From: Phoronis australis
Taxonomy: Eukaryota > Animalia > Phoronida
Direction of reading: 5' to 3'
Assembly (NCBI GenBank): GCA_002633005.1
Contig: NMRA01000079.1
Coordinates: forward strand, 448,102-512,101
DNA: 64,000 nt
In this document: positions 39,301 to 51,981 of the stretch, piece by piece
How the letters are laid out: every line of letters starts with the position of its first letter
How positions within the stretch are numbered: the first letter of the stretch is position 1
Made by a program: the position numbers and the translations under genes
The notes under the pieces: generated by a model
Databases searched by the model: none
Told to the model about the DNA's origin: nothing
The model's input: only the letters and a program-made list of their open reading frames with translations

Positions 39301-42300
39301 GAGCAATTTATAGCACCTATGACTCAGCTTATCAAATACTTTAGGTCAACAGTTCATAATTCACTAAAAATTAATTGGTGCTAAAATCAAGAATGATAAA
39401 CTCATTTTGATGTAAAATTGTGGTAACCATGGTACTGGTGATAAAAAGCATTCTTTATGATCTGCATAGTGGGTAAATCCTGCACAGTGAGAGAGGGCGT
39501 TGTGGTATTTCAGGACATGACCATCCAGGAGCCTGGTCAGGGGAGATCATCTCATCCATGAATCTACTAACCTAGAACTGCTAAACAACATGTCGCGGAA
39601 ATCAACGAGATTTCGTACGACCATTCGAGAATAGTTTGGCAAAGAGAAAATTCATTAGAAAAAGAAGTTATTAAAAGTAGAAATAGTCACTTGACATTGT
39701 TTTTTATTCCAATTTACAAGATAATGTTACGCTTTTTTCGTCTGAAAACACTTAATCCGACTGAGAGAAATGGAGATCACATGGCCTAATCTAAATAAGA
39801 CAATACTCAAGTCTTGATTTAAAAATGTGTACCCTTAGGACAAAAATATAGTTCAGCATACAATACCAACTAATTGATAAGAAATATACCATCATGACTT
39901 TAAAGCCTTTCCGACCAATATTAATGCTTTGGTGAGTGTTTGTGAAATGTTTATTTATTTTCAATACTGGGTCGAAGTTGAGGGCACAAGCCAACTCCGC
40001 AAGAAATAGGTGGATTTAACAGCGAAGTGACAGTAGTTCCAGGGATGTGCCATTGGAATTATCAGAAGGTGCCACCGTCAATAACAGTACGTGTTTTGAT
40101 ATTTTATATTCGATATTGTTTTCACTGTTCACTTCATTTCATTTATTATGGGACCACATAATATACTAAGCTTCAAAATTTTATGCCCGCCTAACGTTTT
40201 CGGAGCGCCACCTTGCGATAACTTCAATGAGCCACGCATCAAAATGCGATAACTTCAGTGTGTGAGTGAAAGGTTGACTTGACTGTGTAGTTTACACAAA
40301 CGCCTCACCAGTACCACAGTCACGGTAGTGCTTCACATATTTACCATACAACATGGCCGACAACTGAAATTCTATTCTGTTAAATTACTCCACAAAAGTA
40401 CAACTTAAGAACTAAATTTTAGAATATTACAAGCATAGATTGTCATCTGCATCCCCCTTCATTTGCAAACAGGTAACCAGCTCTTGAAAATGGAAAAAGC
40501 GTCACTTTTGTCAATTATCTCTGAACGAAATAAGTGGAGAGTTACTCTACTACTCGGTAAAGTACTAATTGAAATGTCTCCTTGGAGTTCTAAGTTCATC
40601 TTTTAGTACGAGATATGAGCTTGGTAAATAAAGAACGTAATTAATAAAATGCTCTTATCGAAATCACCTTGGAAGGTGAATTAAAATCGATTTAATAAGT
40701 CTGTGAGCAGATTAGGCACCTGATTACAGATGATTTAGAATGAGATCCCTGAAGCATTTTTGATAGAGAACAAGGTGTAACATTGCCTTAGGGCAATTTA
40801 CCAGAGAAAAAAATAAATGTAATTCTGCTCGTCGATTGCGGGGGAACAGTGCGAACAATGGATCACTAGCAACGTAATGTTCAGCCATCACACTATACTT
40901 CCTGTAAGTTCCTTCTGAACTATTTTCGTCAAATGTACGTTGTACCTCAAAAAACGAAATTAGATGCGATTAAAAATTTCAGCTCAAACTGATCAAAGCA
41001 GTTTCTGTTTGCTGCAAAATGTTCAACTTTAATTCTGGAGATGGTAAGCGGCAAGCCACGCAGTGTTAATGAGGTCTAACATATCGCAAACTTCAGACTA
41101 TAGAAATTCTCCGCCTAATTAACACAAAAATAATTGCCAGAATTGTTGTTTTTCCGTTTTTCAATGGCTGCTAACCTTTTCACAAACAATGAGATCTTCA
41201 GAAAATGTTGTTTCATGACATCTAATACACTATAAGGGCCTTTCATACTAACGTCGACGCGTCGATGGTTTGGGGAGTTGCGGTCAGTATGAACGCTTAA
41301 CTCCGGTCCTGGATCGCAGTTAACAGCTCCAGTTAACAGGTGGATTTAATAGCGCAGCGTTGACGCTGCGGTGCAGTATGAACGCTTAACTTTGGTCAAA
41401 TCGAAGTTATCGCCAGGTGCCACTGTTATCGTCAACAGTTACAAGGTAGTGCCATCATAAATAGCTGCTTTTTTTGCTCTAATAATAACCAATCGATTTA
41501 AAAATAAGTTTAATGACACTTGGCACATGTAAATGATTCCAACTTTGAAACATTGAAAAAATCTTAGCGTGCAACGCTACCTTGCGATAACTTCGATGAT
41601 GACAGCGGCACCAACCGCTTACTTCGATGTTCATTAACTACCGAAGCCAGTATGAACGGTCCAGTCAACTGCGCTGTTTATGTCGAGCTCAGACCTGAGT
41701 TAAGTCAATATGAAAGGTCCTATAGACTAAAATGCTCAATCTCTGCTTTTGTGGAGAATTTTAAGAAGATAGAATTTCACTTGTCAGCCGCACTGTGTAC
41801 TACATATGTGAAGACGTGTCGTAGCGTAAATCAGGTTAGTGCAATCAACAATTGATGGACCCCACTCGGTCTCGGCCCAAAATGTTACCATGTCTAATGA
41901 CAGACACTAAATTTGCCATGAGTTAAAACCAAATCAAAGCTTTTCACCCCAAAACATGAATAGAAATAGTTTTCAAAGGTGGCTTAGAATAGGGCTTCAA
42001 AAAAATAAAATCAAAGACTGCAAGTTTACATTTTTAAAATCTTGTACATTGTGTTACCGTCAGAAAAATGTCCTTCCCAGGTGGTGCTTTTTGTCCAAGT
42101 TCAAGGAAAGAGATTGATTATCTTAGTAATAATCTCGAAAATGAGATTCTTTTAAGTTAAGAAAACAGAGTGAGTAGCATTCTACGGTATGCGACTCGTC
42201 CGAGTGCGATCAAGTGTGAATTAAATTTCCCTTTAATTAGCAAGCTAATTGTTTCACACAAATCAAATTTCCTGTTTATAAAAAATGTCTTTATAACAGA

Positions 42301-45300
42301 AGGGATTCTTAAAGGCTAATGCTTACCAAACAAACAAATGAGGATTTTAAAAGAAATTTTTTATAACTTAAAAAGACCAAGTTCTTCCGTTGCAGAAACC
42401 AAGATATAGATTTTTCTAAATTGCTAATGAAATGAGCACCATTAACAAGGCATAACAAATTACGCGCAGAGGTGTTGAATGTATATTTACACAAGCAACC
42501 TAGTGACAATTTTAGACATACTGAAACTAAATATTGTCGGTAATTTCATAAACCAAATCATTGAAAAACAATAGGCAACGTGACTTGCAGTAGAAGTATG
42601 AAACTTTCAAAAATATGACGGCAATTTTACAAACAATCAATTTTATTTTATTGAACATAAGGAGACTGTGGCATGCAATCAAGTCTGTGGTTTCTGAATG
42701 AAAGTTATCTCCTTGCATGTTCATTTTTCCACAATCAGTTTTTATCAACGTGCTACGCAATGACAATTTGGTCACCCATTTCTGAGATAGAGTAAGCAGC
42801 AAGCAGTCGCCTTTTTCTGATTTCATCGTGTTCAAAAACAAGAATCAATTCATCCATACCTATGATCTCGGCTGATCATTCTTAACTGCGTTCAGACCGA
42901 GAAAACGATATCATTTAACAGCAAGTCACGAAACTTAAAGCAAATTGATAAAGTAGTAAATTTTTGAAGAAATCTTTAAAAAATCTCCTGCCATATTGGA
43001 TAGGAACCTGACGTCACACCTAACCTATGACTTACTCTATAACAGGGGACATAATAAGACATGTACAGACACCACATGATTTAACACAATTTTTTCAACA
43101 ATGTGGAACCAAATCAGCTAAAAAATAGTTGCCAGCATTGATAATTTTCATTAAAGATTTTTATAGTCTTACTCCTGATTGAATGTGCTTTATGTTTCAT
43201 CACCCAGTGTTAAGTGATACCTTTGCTTTGTGTTGCTCACTATTGACAACATATCTACGTTTTCTTATTGATATATAAACAGTACTCTTACTGATCACAC
43301 CAAAAAGTTTGGTATCAGAATAAATATACACAAGTTAGACTCATGGATTCTTGAACTGGGTTATTTCATTAAGTTCGCCATACTTTCACTTAAGTAGACA
43401 AACTCAAGACATGTTGTCATATGTACACACAAACCAGTGGTGCCTAATTCACTGATGTATCAGGAACATAACAATGTTATCAAAATAGACACAACTCCAA
43501 CCACAAACGGATATACCTGATGTGAGGTAATGCAAGCAAGAAATCAAAAATTAAACCTGTTTAATGGAATAGCGTTTAAGCTGGTTTACATCATCTGGTT
43601 ATTCCAATGTTTAGTGACGACCAATCTGTCACTAATATGACACAATTTGGACTCACAAACAGGAACAGAATTGCACAATTGCATCACATTTTCAAAAATT
43701 TTGCATGTCTTGGATTTTTCCAATTCTGGTAACCACAGGGGGCACTTTACCATTTGAAGTTTATACAAAATAATGGTGTGCTCGGACAACAAACAGTTAC
43801 ACCCACTGTATGATCCTAGGGAGTAGAGACTCTGAATAAGATTGACCAGGTACACAGCTAGGTAATAATTTTCAAAGTGCTTAGAATGTTTGCTACAGAA
43901 ATTTGGCTTAATTATTACTATTGTTTTAATTTTCACACTTTAATCTTATTTGACTGGGTCCAAAACATCGTAGTGACTTCACAATAAACAAGTGAATAGA
44001 AGTTGACATTTTGCAAGATATCAGAGCTGCACTTTTAATTTAGTCTAGATATTGTTTCATGAGTCTCTTGATCCCGCACTCCACCAAGATCTATTTGTTT
44101 ACGTCAATGGTCACCCAGCCCAAAATCAATACTTTGTGCCGACCAATAATCTATATCGGATAATAGAGCTGATTACAGTAGCAGGTAGCCCCAACAAATC
44201 CTCATGACTGAGACTGACACACATAGAACTGAAGAGTCCACCACAGTACAAGCCCAGTGCTTTATGGTATAGTCCTGGCTTTGTAAGAGATTTTCCCTGA
44301 ATGCTGAATCTGCAACCATCAATGTTTTCATGGAAAAAAAAAACAAAATAAAGATTCACATATCGCCCTGGCCACCCAGACAAGTCGTTGAATTAAGGGA
44401 CACGATATCATTGCCTAGCTGTCTATTTAAAAAGCATTCTCTTCTTGACAACACTTCAAATTGATTTGAAATTCCAGGCTGTATGAAAAGACGAATGTAC
44501 AAAGAAATTTGCCACAAGGTGTCATAAAAGTCTTTCAGTTTGGCGCGCAATATAACCCACGACTGGATTTGAACTTTGACAAATTTCTTGACAACAAAAT
44601 ACGATACAGGAGTCCTGATATTTTTCATTCTCGAATGTTGGCAACCATGTGTACGGGAACCTTATGTACAAAATACAGACACTGGTACCTTTAGCAACAC
44701 AGCACAAAGAGGGCACCCCTTCTGACGGCCATTAATGCGATTAGAAATACTACAGTTCTTCAAACATTAAGAAAGAATGAAGCAGTTCAGACCCATTCCA
44801 AGGAAGCTATACACTCCCTGTAAATTGGTTCTTATAAAAACATACGGGTCATTAAACTTCAATTGTGATAATTTATTTAATATCAAAGGGAATGAATGGT
44901 ATCGTTTAATTCCTTTGCAAAAGGCGATGGAGTTTTCAAGGTGATCAAAGATCTCCAACTGTTCTAGGTCTAGTACGACTTTTTTAAAACAGCCAGTTAA
45001 GGGTGAATGAAGAAACGTGACTGTTACTACCGGCACAGACATTCCAACTAATATGTGGGCCAATATAAATAAATGAAAAGGAACACACACAAAGACATCA
45101 GAAATAAAACAGGTGAAAATTGGGGAGAAAACTACAGTCTGATAATGGACGAAATGAAACCTGTCATATTAAAATCCTTTTTGCTTCTGCAAACAACTTG
45201 TCCTGATGTACGTGACAAAAGCCAATAAGCCGTACATAGTTACAGTGACCCGTCTCCTCAAGAATTTACAAACTAGATTTCACTATCAGTGTTTGCTTTT

Positions 45301-46956
45301 AAAGCTTGCCAGCAGGGCCTGTTATTCTTTACTAATACCTTTGGTTTGACTTCAAAATTCAGGAAGAAATGTTTTGTCTACAAAAACATTGCTCATTTTG
45401 TAGACATGTTTATGAACGAAAAAGTCTTGCCAATTTTGGGAAAACATAAATTTTACATTCCCCTTTTTTCATGGCTTCAAACACTGTTGTGAATGGTTGC
45501 AATTTTTCAAAACTATGTCTGGTGGTAGCTATGGTATAGAGTTAGAACATGGAAAAGCATTAATCTGTTGCTTCGTGTTTTTTATGGAAAACTGAGAAAA
45601 TGAAATTCCCTTTGTCCGACACCTTGTATACTAAATTGGTGAGATTTTACCTAATGTTATGTTACTCAATAAACCAGAGTTACAGCGTTTTTCAGACAGT
45701 AGGAAGAATAAGGGTCTAGACTGTAGTCTCTTAACTCAGACTCGGCTCAGATTCAAGACTCGAAATTTTATCAACGACGGTTTGTTATTCGGGGCAATAT
45801 ATGCAAGCTTACACAGGAAACACATCCCTTCAATTGGTCAACTTTTGAGTCCAGTTACGAGTGCAGTCATTTGATGCCAGACCTTGATTTATCAGAGGAG
45901 TGAATCTCAAACACCGCAGGCTATGATCGCAAGCTGTGTAATTTGATCTGATCCTGTGTGGCCACCCGATCGAATTCAACACGGTCCAAACATAGGAGCC
46001 AAAAAACATAATGAGGCACAACACAACACAATAGTTTCAAAAATTGGTTTCCTATTGATTTCAAAAATACACTTTTGTTTATTCCATTTTTTCTACAGGA
46101 AAATACTCTATAATCATGAGACTGATACTAAAATGAGACAACCGTATCCCATCAATTATAAAAATTAAATCAAAGCTGCATCCGGATTCAACTTTGAAAA
46201 CCACTGATTCGGTTCAGGACTTTTTTGAAAGAACTCTTTGTTACGGTTCTTTAATATGGCAAGTTTACAGTTGCTCATGATCATGTCTTGAATAAAAAAC
46301 CAAAGTTAGCTCTCGTCTTGATCCCAGATCATTTTAAAACCTGCACTCACCGACTAAAAAACAGGGATTCGCATCAATTTCAGTCAAGGTCTCAGGATGA
46401 TTTTTTGAAAAGCTGTACAAAGGCACGTAAGCAAGGTTTTAAATGTCATGATTTATCAAGCGATGAGTAGAAAAAAATTGTCATCATTTTTTCAGCCTCA
46501 GGTGGGTTTTCTTTTTTTGAAAATGTGAGCACTTAAAAATGCCACACTGCCGACTCAATTTAAAAAACACACAGACCAGAACCAACAATGATTTGTTTTT
46601 GGCCTGGCACCATGAATAACTTTAAACTGCAATCACTCCATTGGCTGTTTCAATGGGACGAGATGCCGCCCTTTCCATATCATTTATTTTTTTTCTTTAT
46701 TGCAGCTTGACCTAATTAGTACTGGTAGAGACATTTACGTAAAAAGACTGTTTACCAAAAAGACAAGAAACAGAAACTTACCCTCTCCTTCTCCCTCCCC
46801 TAATTCAGGAGGGGGTGGGGCTAACAAAGGGCAATCATCATCAACCAGAGTGAGAGTTCCACCTCCTGCTGAGTTGTCACCAGCATACTCATCCTCTGAT
46901 TCGCTGTCACTACTGCTACTGCTTGGATTGTCCTCCACATTGCTATCAATCACCAT
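18003..46956 (-). CDS. TTLL6: Tubulin polyglutamylase, TTLL6/TTLL13 family (~890 aa, 17 coding exons)
   Basis: complement(join(18003-18349,20997-21201,22842-23036,23525-23579,23955-24088,26117-26276,27252-27440,28596-28777,29537-29762,30503-30591,31076-31219,31791-31947,32616-32746,33504-33622,33989-34029,38510-38633,46782-46956)) = 2673 nt, open frame. TTL motifs [72 protein letters not shown]. Confidence 0.92.
19394..19498. repeat. 27-bp minisatellite, ~4 copies
   Basis: Unit ATGAGTCCACAAGATCTGATTCATGAA. Confidence 0.92.
20997..21201 (-). CDS. TTLL6/13 exon (C-terminal region)
   Basis: ttcag|TTCCAG...TTAG|gtaagg; open frame, phase 0 to 1. Confidence 0.72.
21674..21823. repeat. 38-bp minisatellite, 4 copies
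   Basis: Unit ACAATGTTGTCTGTTGATAGCTATAGTACAGAACTTG(A/C). Confidence 0.93.
22506..22586. mobile_element. Tiny TA-flanked MITE (Tc1/mariner-like ends)
   Basis: TA|CAGGGGTCCCAGATTTTGAGAAC ... GTTCTTAAAGTGTGGGACCCCCTG|TA inverted repeats. Confidence 0.6.
22842..23036 (-). CDS. TTLL6/13 exon
   Basis: cgcag|CACGAG...CCT|gtgagt; 195 nt, phase 0-0. Confidence 0.75.
23280..23442. repeat. Diverged ~83-bp tandem duplication
   Basis: CTGCCTAC..ATAGATAGATG...TCACAACATTCAAGGG.GGTAGCA occurs twice. Confidence 0.75.
23525..23579 (-). CDS. TTLL6/13 exon
   Basis: tgcag|ACTA...TAT|gtaagt; [19 protein letters not shown]. Confidence 0.8.
23955..24088 (-). CDS. TTLL6/13 exon (conserved EEEELER block)
   Basis: [45 protein letters not shown]; GT-AG. 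Confidence 0.88.
26117..26276 (-). CDS. TTLL6/13 exon (basic region)
   Basis: [29 protein letters not shown]...; GT-AG, phase 2 to 0. Confidence 0.85.
26540..26838. repeat. 23-bp minisatellite, 13 copies
   Basis: Unit GAGTCCCTTAGTTG(T/A)GGGACACT. Confidence 0.97.
27252..27440 (-). CDS. TTLL6/13 exon
   Basis: REELEQ...[10 protein letters not shown]...[17 protein letters not shown]. Confidence 0.9.
28596..28777 (-). CDS. TTLL6/13 exon (VNHSPSF, basic microtubule-binding segment)
   Basis: [26 protein letters not shown]... Confidence 0.93.
29537..29762 (-). CDS. TTLL6/13 exon (catalytic core)
   Basis: [18 protein letters not shown]...[21 protein letters not shown]. Confidence 0.95.
30503..30591 (-). 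CDS. TTLL6/13 exon
   Basis: [30 protein letters not shown] (not in the ORF track). Confidence 0.93.
31076..31219 (-). CDS. TTLL6/13 exon
   Basis: [37 protein letters not shown]. Confidence 0.95.
31791..31947 (-). CDS. TTLL6/13 exon
   Basis: [30 protein letters not shown]...CQQYIAK. Confidence 0.95.
32616..32746 (-). CDS. TTLL6/13 exon
   Basis: [43 protein letters not shown]. Confidence 0.95.
33504..33622 (-). CDS. TTLL6/13 exon
   Basis: [40 protein letters not shown]. Confidence 0.93.
33989..34029 (-). CDS. TTLL6/13 41-nt exon (start of TTL domain)
   Basis: tccag|AGTC...TCAG|gtgaga; [14 protein letters not shown]. Confidence 0.85.
38510..38633 (-). CDS. TTLL6/13 exon (acidic then poly-Lys tract)
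   Basis: tgcag|GTTTT...AAAAA|gtaagt; [11 protein letters not shown]...[10 protein letters not shown]. Confidence 0.8.
41235..41721. mobile_element. PIF/Harbinger-like MITE (487 bp)
   Basis: TIR AGGGCCTTTCATACT / AATATGAAAGGTCCT (13/15 match), ATA on both sides (3-bp TSD); internal repeated CAGTATGAACG. Confidence 0.7.
46782..46956 (-). CDS. TTLL6/13 first coding exon (acidic, Ser/Gly-rich N-terminus)
   Basis: Exon 46782-46982 with ctag acceptor, ACCATGG Kozak context and gtaagt donor; phase 1 matches the next exon. Confidence 0.7.
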
Positions 46957-48941
46957 GGTTGGGGGTGCTTGCAAGCAGAAACCTAGAACATTTAAGAAAA
47001 GAAACATTTGAACTTGTGAACTTCCAGAACTCTAATAATGACTAGATCATAATACATTAAACTATCTTAAGTTGGTACCATACTATTACTTAAAACAAAC
47101 ATTTCACATTCTTCTAATTTAGAAAAAATAAATCACAAGTAAGTCTATTTTCCCCTCATAAAGTTTGAGACAAGGTGGCTTGATTTTTTCTAGAAAACAG
47201 CATCTCAACACTGATAAAATGTCCCCAGGGAGCGATAATAACAAAGACAGAATATTCAACTCAACTTTTTTTAATGATCAAGAAATTAATATTTGACTAA
47301 AAATCGGAGACCACAAAAATGGACAACAATCTAATTTTTAGAGATAGCTCCCAGCTGTAGTTAACTACATGTCACGTTACGAGATTTCAGCATCACAAAG
47401 TCATTCTGTGAGTATCAGCATGAACAAAGTGACAATTAGTACAGATGTCCAAAAATTTCCAATCATTCAACCATTGAGTTCAACATCCATGAGGGGGCAA
47501 TGTTCCCTTTGTTAAAAGCAAACATGCAGTGGGGTGGCCACAGTATATCACATATAAATTCCATGTGTCAATCAAACATAAAATATGCGTCTAATTAAAG
47601 ACCTGGACAGAATTCCAAAAATGAGTAAGAGGACTGGATGGGCAAATTCTGAGGAAACAACCTAAAATCCAGCATAAAGCAAACTTGGAGTTACCCCATG
47701 GATGAAAAAACCCATGCAATAAAATGACCCAAAGCGAAGAACCCTTGTGGCGCAAAACTTTTTGCAAATCTTTCCACTATCATTCACAGGCATTCAACTG
47801 ATAAAAAATCACAAGCATCAAGGTCGCTGTGGTACCCCATTCACACCTCAACTTCCGATAAAACTATTACTGTCGCACTATCACTTTTGCTATTGCTATA
47901 AGGGTCACTGTTCCAGGTGCTTTGAGTTATGCTTATGTTGATGGCCAATTTTCGCTTTTATAGCAATTTGGGCAGTGAGGAAATATTTGATGGCCAGAAT
48001 TACACCAATGAAGGCAGCACATCTGTCTGGCAAAACTCTACCGTTTTTGCAACTGACTAGGAATTTCGCCACTCACACAAATCCAGTATGGCATGTACTT
48101 TTAGGACATGCACATGACAACGGTGTATTGTTGGAAGCCATTCTGATTGTCCCTGATTTTGATAGTAAATAAGTCCACCACGCCAGCACAATCTTCAATG
48201 TTATGAGCTAAGATCTGGTGAAAATTTGAAAGACTATCAAACTAAGACTACCAGCCAATAAACTTTGGCCTTTTTGATGTTTTACTGTTTATAATTATCA
48301 CTTAAATTCAAAATTACTTGGACATACAGCCAATCAGGCCAGATCCCAACTGAGCTGACCTAAATAATTCACACCTAAAAAGGAGATAGTGTTGTCTGTG
48401 TATTTTGCACCATTCAAGTCACAGTTTGCCGTTTCCTCAAACACGGAACAGATTTACAATGCATAAGGTATTTACTGGTAAACCAGTTAAGCATTCCCAA
48501 TAATGACAGTGTGATTGCATGTCTGCCTTTACCAACCACACGCAAAGTGTTGCCAATGATTTCGATAACCAGGCAAAGGCACTGGTCGCATATAGCAGCT
48601 AGACCCTGATTTTCAGAAGTTCCAGTTTCATCCACAGAATAACGGGCCTGTTATTCAGTGATTGCCTGATTCTTAGAATCAGTGACCACTATATCCGACC
48701 AGTACCCAGGCAATCACATAAGTTGCCAAATTCAAGGGCCACAATCGCAGGTCCAGGCTGAAGTGACAGGCGGTCAAGTATTCGTTGTTGTAAAGAAACG
48801 CAGCGCCAGCCGATCACCGTTCAACATGTCCAACGACATTTGCAAATTGAATTGTGAACGGGCCATTTCCACGACTTCTGAACAATCCTGTACGTCTTAA
48901 AACGAACGGAAAATTACGCAGAATGTCTAATCATCTTTTAC

Positions 48942-49360
48942 CTATGACGATGTATGCTTATCCCGATTTCAGTTGACCATAAAGTGAACACCAAAAGTAT
49001 CCATTGCGCTTGTCTGTTTACTTCTATGTAATATCGCATGCGACTTAGAACTCCTATCGGTCGAGATCAAAATTTTGGTTCTTGCACTACTTTTCGCAAC
49101 ATATCTGCGCTAAAAATTATTGCGCTAAAGTTTAAAAAGACTATAATTTTCCAATAAAGGCTATTGGTACAAAGCAAAAATAGCTAAATAATACTGTTTT
49201 GACTATTGGCACGTTATAAACTCAAAGTGTGTGGTTGGCTATGCAAAATTGTTACATTTTTATTTGCGCAAGAATTTCCGTTTTATCACCGCGACGAAAC
49301 AATGAGTAAATTGAATGCGGTGATTTGATTGGTTTCGTGGTTGCTCTTGGTAATGATATT
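48942..49360 (-). promoter_or_regulatory. Candidate TTLL 5' non-coding exon and promoter
   Basis: AG|GTAAAA donor at 48942/48941; CpG-richer stretch; minus-strand CCAAT near 49328; X-box-like GTTGCTCTTGGTAAT at 49340-49354. Confidence 0.35.
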
Positions 49361-49657
49361 TTAACTTAGTTTTAACGATTTTAAATCGCCGGATTGCTGG
49401 CTTATGAAAACCTTTTACTCATGCCTATGACACTCAGGTCTTTTTTGCGTCATCATTGCCTCTAAATTAAACAGAGACTATTTTCAACACTTTTAGTTTG
49501 GACTTTTTGTTGTTTTAAGCGGCACAAGTGTCATCTCAGCCACAGGCGTCCTCAGCTTCTGTACACTACACAGAGACCGTAGACCGTTAGCGTCTTTGCA
49601 CTACATATAATACTACTAGCGCTCTGGGAATGAGTAGGTAGCCCGGCGGAAACACCT

Positions 49658-49810
49658 GGGCCCGGTGCCTAATGTCAGACTCGAACTCGAACTCGGACTC
49701 GAAAATTTCTACTCGAAATCTGTCTCAGTCGAGTCGAACTCGAAATTGCGTGCCCAATGTTCACTTTCGAGTCGACTCGAAATCGAGTTTACTCGAGAAA
49801 TCGTACTCAA
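49658..49810. mobile_element. MITE-like remnant rich in ACTCGA/TCGAGT motifs
   Basis: Begins GGGCCCGG; about a dozen CTCGA/TCGAG motifs in both orientations; similar motifs near 45735-45770. Confidence 0.4.
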
Positions 49811-50504
49811 GTTACCAAGGAACTCTCCTGTGTTGTGAATTACATAAAAAATAATTTTCTGCGAGAAGTGCGCCCTCTACTGCGTGATCGTCTGCTTTTG
49901 AGTGGAAAAGTCACACCAGCCAAAAATGATAGTATTTCAGTGATATTGCATACAACGACGTCAATATACAGCGAAACCGTTCACATTGATTCATAAAGTG
50001 GTGTGGTATTGGTGAAAAGTTATAAACGGAAAGCAAAGTAGGCTCACCTTACCTAAACAGTTTCGGATCGAAAACCTTGCCAGTGTTTGAGCAAACGACA
50101 TCCGTAGGCCCTACATGCCTGTGTCAAATTCCGGTTGTCACGGTTACTCGGTCTTACCGAAGAGCTCAAAAATCCGAGAAGCTGACCACTATAGGAAGGT
50201 GACTTCACAACTGAAGGCGTATCTGAGAGAAACACAAGAGTTCAGTCAACCAGCTTATGCTTGGAAGGATGAGAAACAAAGCCTAACTAAAAAAAATATA
50301 ATTATTATTTATATCTACTATATCTTTCACTGTTGCTTTCCGTAGGTTTGACCGTAGGTTTGACCTGGTTCAAACTGTGACGGAGAACCTGGTATGTCTG
50401 AAAAGGATTTTCTGTGCATGCAGGTCATGAAAAATGTCTGACTAGAAAAATGGTATAAATTCGTGGAGATTTTCATAAGATAAATAAAAACCTTATTCAC
50501 TGAA

Positions 50505-50690
50505 TTTATATGATACGTGGCATTCATATCGTAATTTGTTGCATTCCTTTTAGGGTGCATTACCTTCATATTGTGCATTTATATATAAAATTGTTTATTC
50601 ATATCATGATACTTTGCATTCAAATCATGTGTTGCATTCATATTAGTACATGTTGCATTTATATCATGCTACGTTCATATCGTGATATCT
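50505..50690. repeat. Degenerate tandem repeat (TGCATTCATATCATG-like)
   Basis: Recurring GCATT(C/T)ATATC variants at ~22-bp spacing. Confidence 0.6.
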
Positions 50691-51707
50691 TTTGTCTGGT
50701 CATTTGTTTTTGTTTTGACAAGAGTTGGAGTGTGACTGTGAGAACCTCAAGTCAACTATAGAATTTGCGCCTGACTGCTGTGAATGAAATACTGTTTTTA
50801 GGTGGAGCAGTGTGCAGATAATTTTCTTGAGGCAGAAAAAGTTGATTTCATTTGAATTAAAAGTTTTCAACAAATAAAGAATGTTTGTTGACTATTACCA
50901 TCCATATTGCGTCGTAATTTGGTGCCTTACAACAAGATTTTAATGACTTGCTTGTCTATGTGATCATTGCAGTTGTGTTGCTTGCAGGTGGCGTGAAAAG
51001 GTCTTCACTCTTACGGTGCGGCAAAAGTCGGCAGATATCTGCGCACATAAAGAACAGAGAACTGGAAAGAAAATATGGTGCTTATTAGCTGGCTGTGCAG
51101 TATATCTCACCATTATGAATTTGGAAATTGCACTGCATTCAAATGTGCGGCCTATTGTCGGTAGGAACTGGTCAATCGAACATCAAAACCATCAGCAACC
51201 CAAGAACCGCTTAACAGTTTATTGGTTGGCCAACCCTGCATTTGAAAATTGCGATGTAGAAAACAGGCGCGTGCGCGCATTGCCTGTGACGCGAGTTTAT
51301 AACCAAAATAGAATTCCATCGCGAATGATGAGGCATTTTATGCACCCACATATTTATATAGATCAGGGCTTCCATCCTTAAACCAGACATCAGCTTGCAC
51401 TTGCGGAGAAAACTCTTCACTTACGGGATTCTACTCCAGTAATTTGCCAATTCTATTAAATTTCAACCTCACCGACCAATCATTTCGACCCCATTTTGCT
51501 AGGTTACACTATTTCTTTTCATGACCGTAAAAGATCTAGAACATATTGGTCCATGCAATTTTGCGTCACGGGTACTGCGTGATCCTGCTTATCTCGCCAG
51601 AAACTTAAACTACAGAACGCAACCATCATCTTCCATGGTCTACTTACTGTGCGACGAGGGCTGAATTTTCAGGTGCAGTTGTAGAAAAACACAAAGTAAG
51701 TGTTCGA

Positions 51708-51981
51708 ATGCAAATCCGGATCCTTGAAAATAGGAAAGCAAAAACGAGACCTGCTCAGAAGGGAATTTTATCACCATTCGGAATTTGGCAGATTCGATCC
51801 TGTGCGAATTTTATGCAGTCCACGAAGAGCGAGCTCTTACGATGTTTGAAGCAAGAGTTCCGCTCGCTCCTTAGCAGTTCGATTGCAAATTCTGATCCTT
51901 GAAAAGTAAAAAGCATTTTTGGGAACTGCTCAGAAGGGAATTTTCTCATCATTCGGAATATGTCAGATTCGTTCCTGTGCA
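51708..51981. repeat. Diverged direct duplication (~100-bp unit, ~176-bp spacing)
   Basis: TGCAAAT...GATCCTTGAAAA and CTGCTCAGAAGGGAATTTT...CAGATTCG.TCCTGTGC each occur twice. Confidence 0.75.

Noticed and set aside
51016-51381. 121-aa ORF between TTLL and the collagen gene
   Set aside because: GTG start, no recognisable domain, no consistent exon chain
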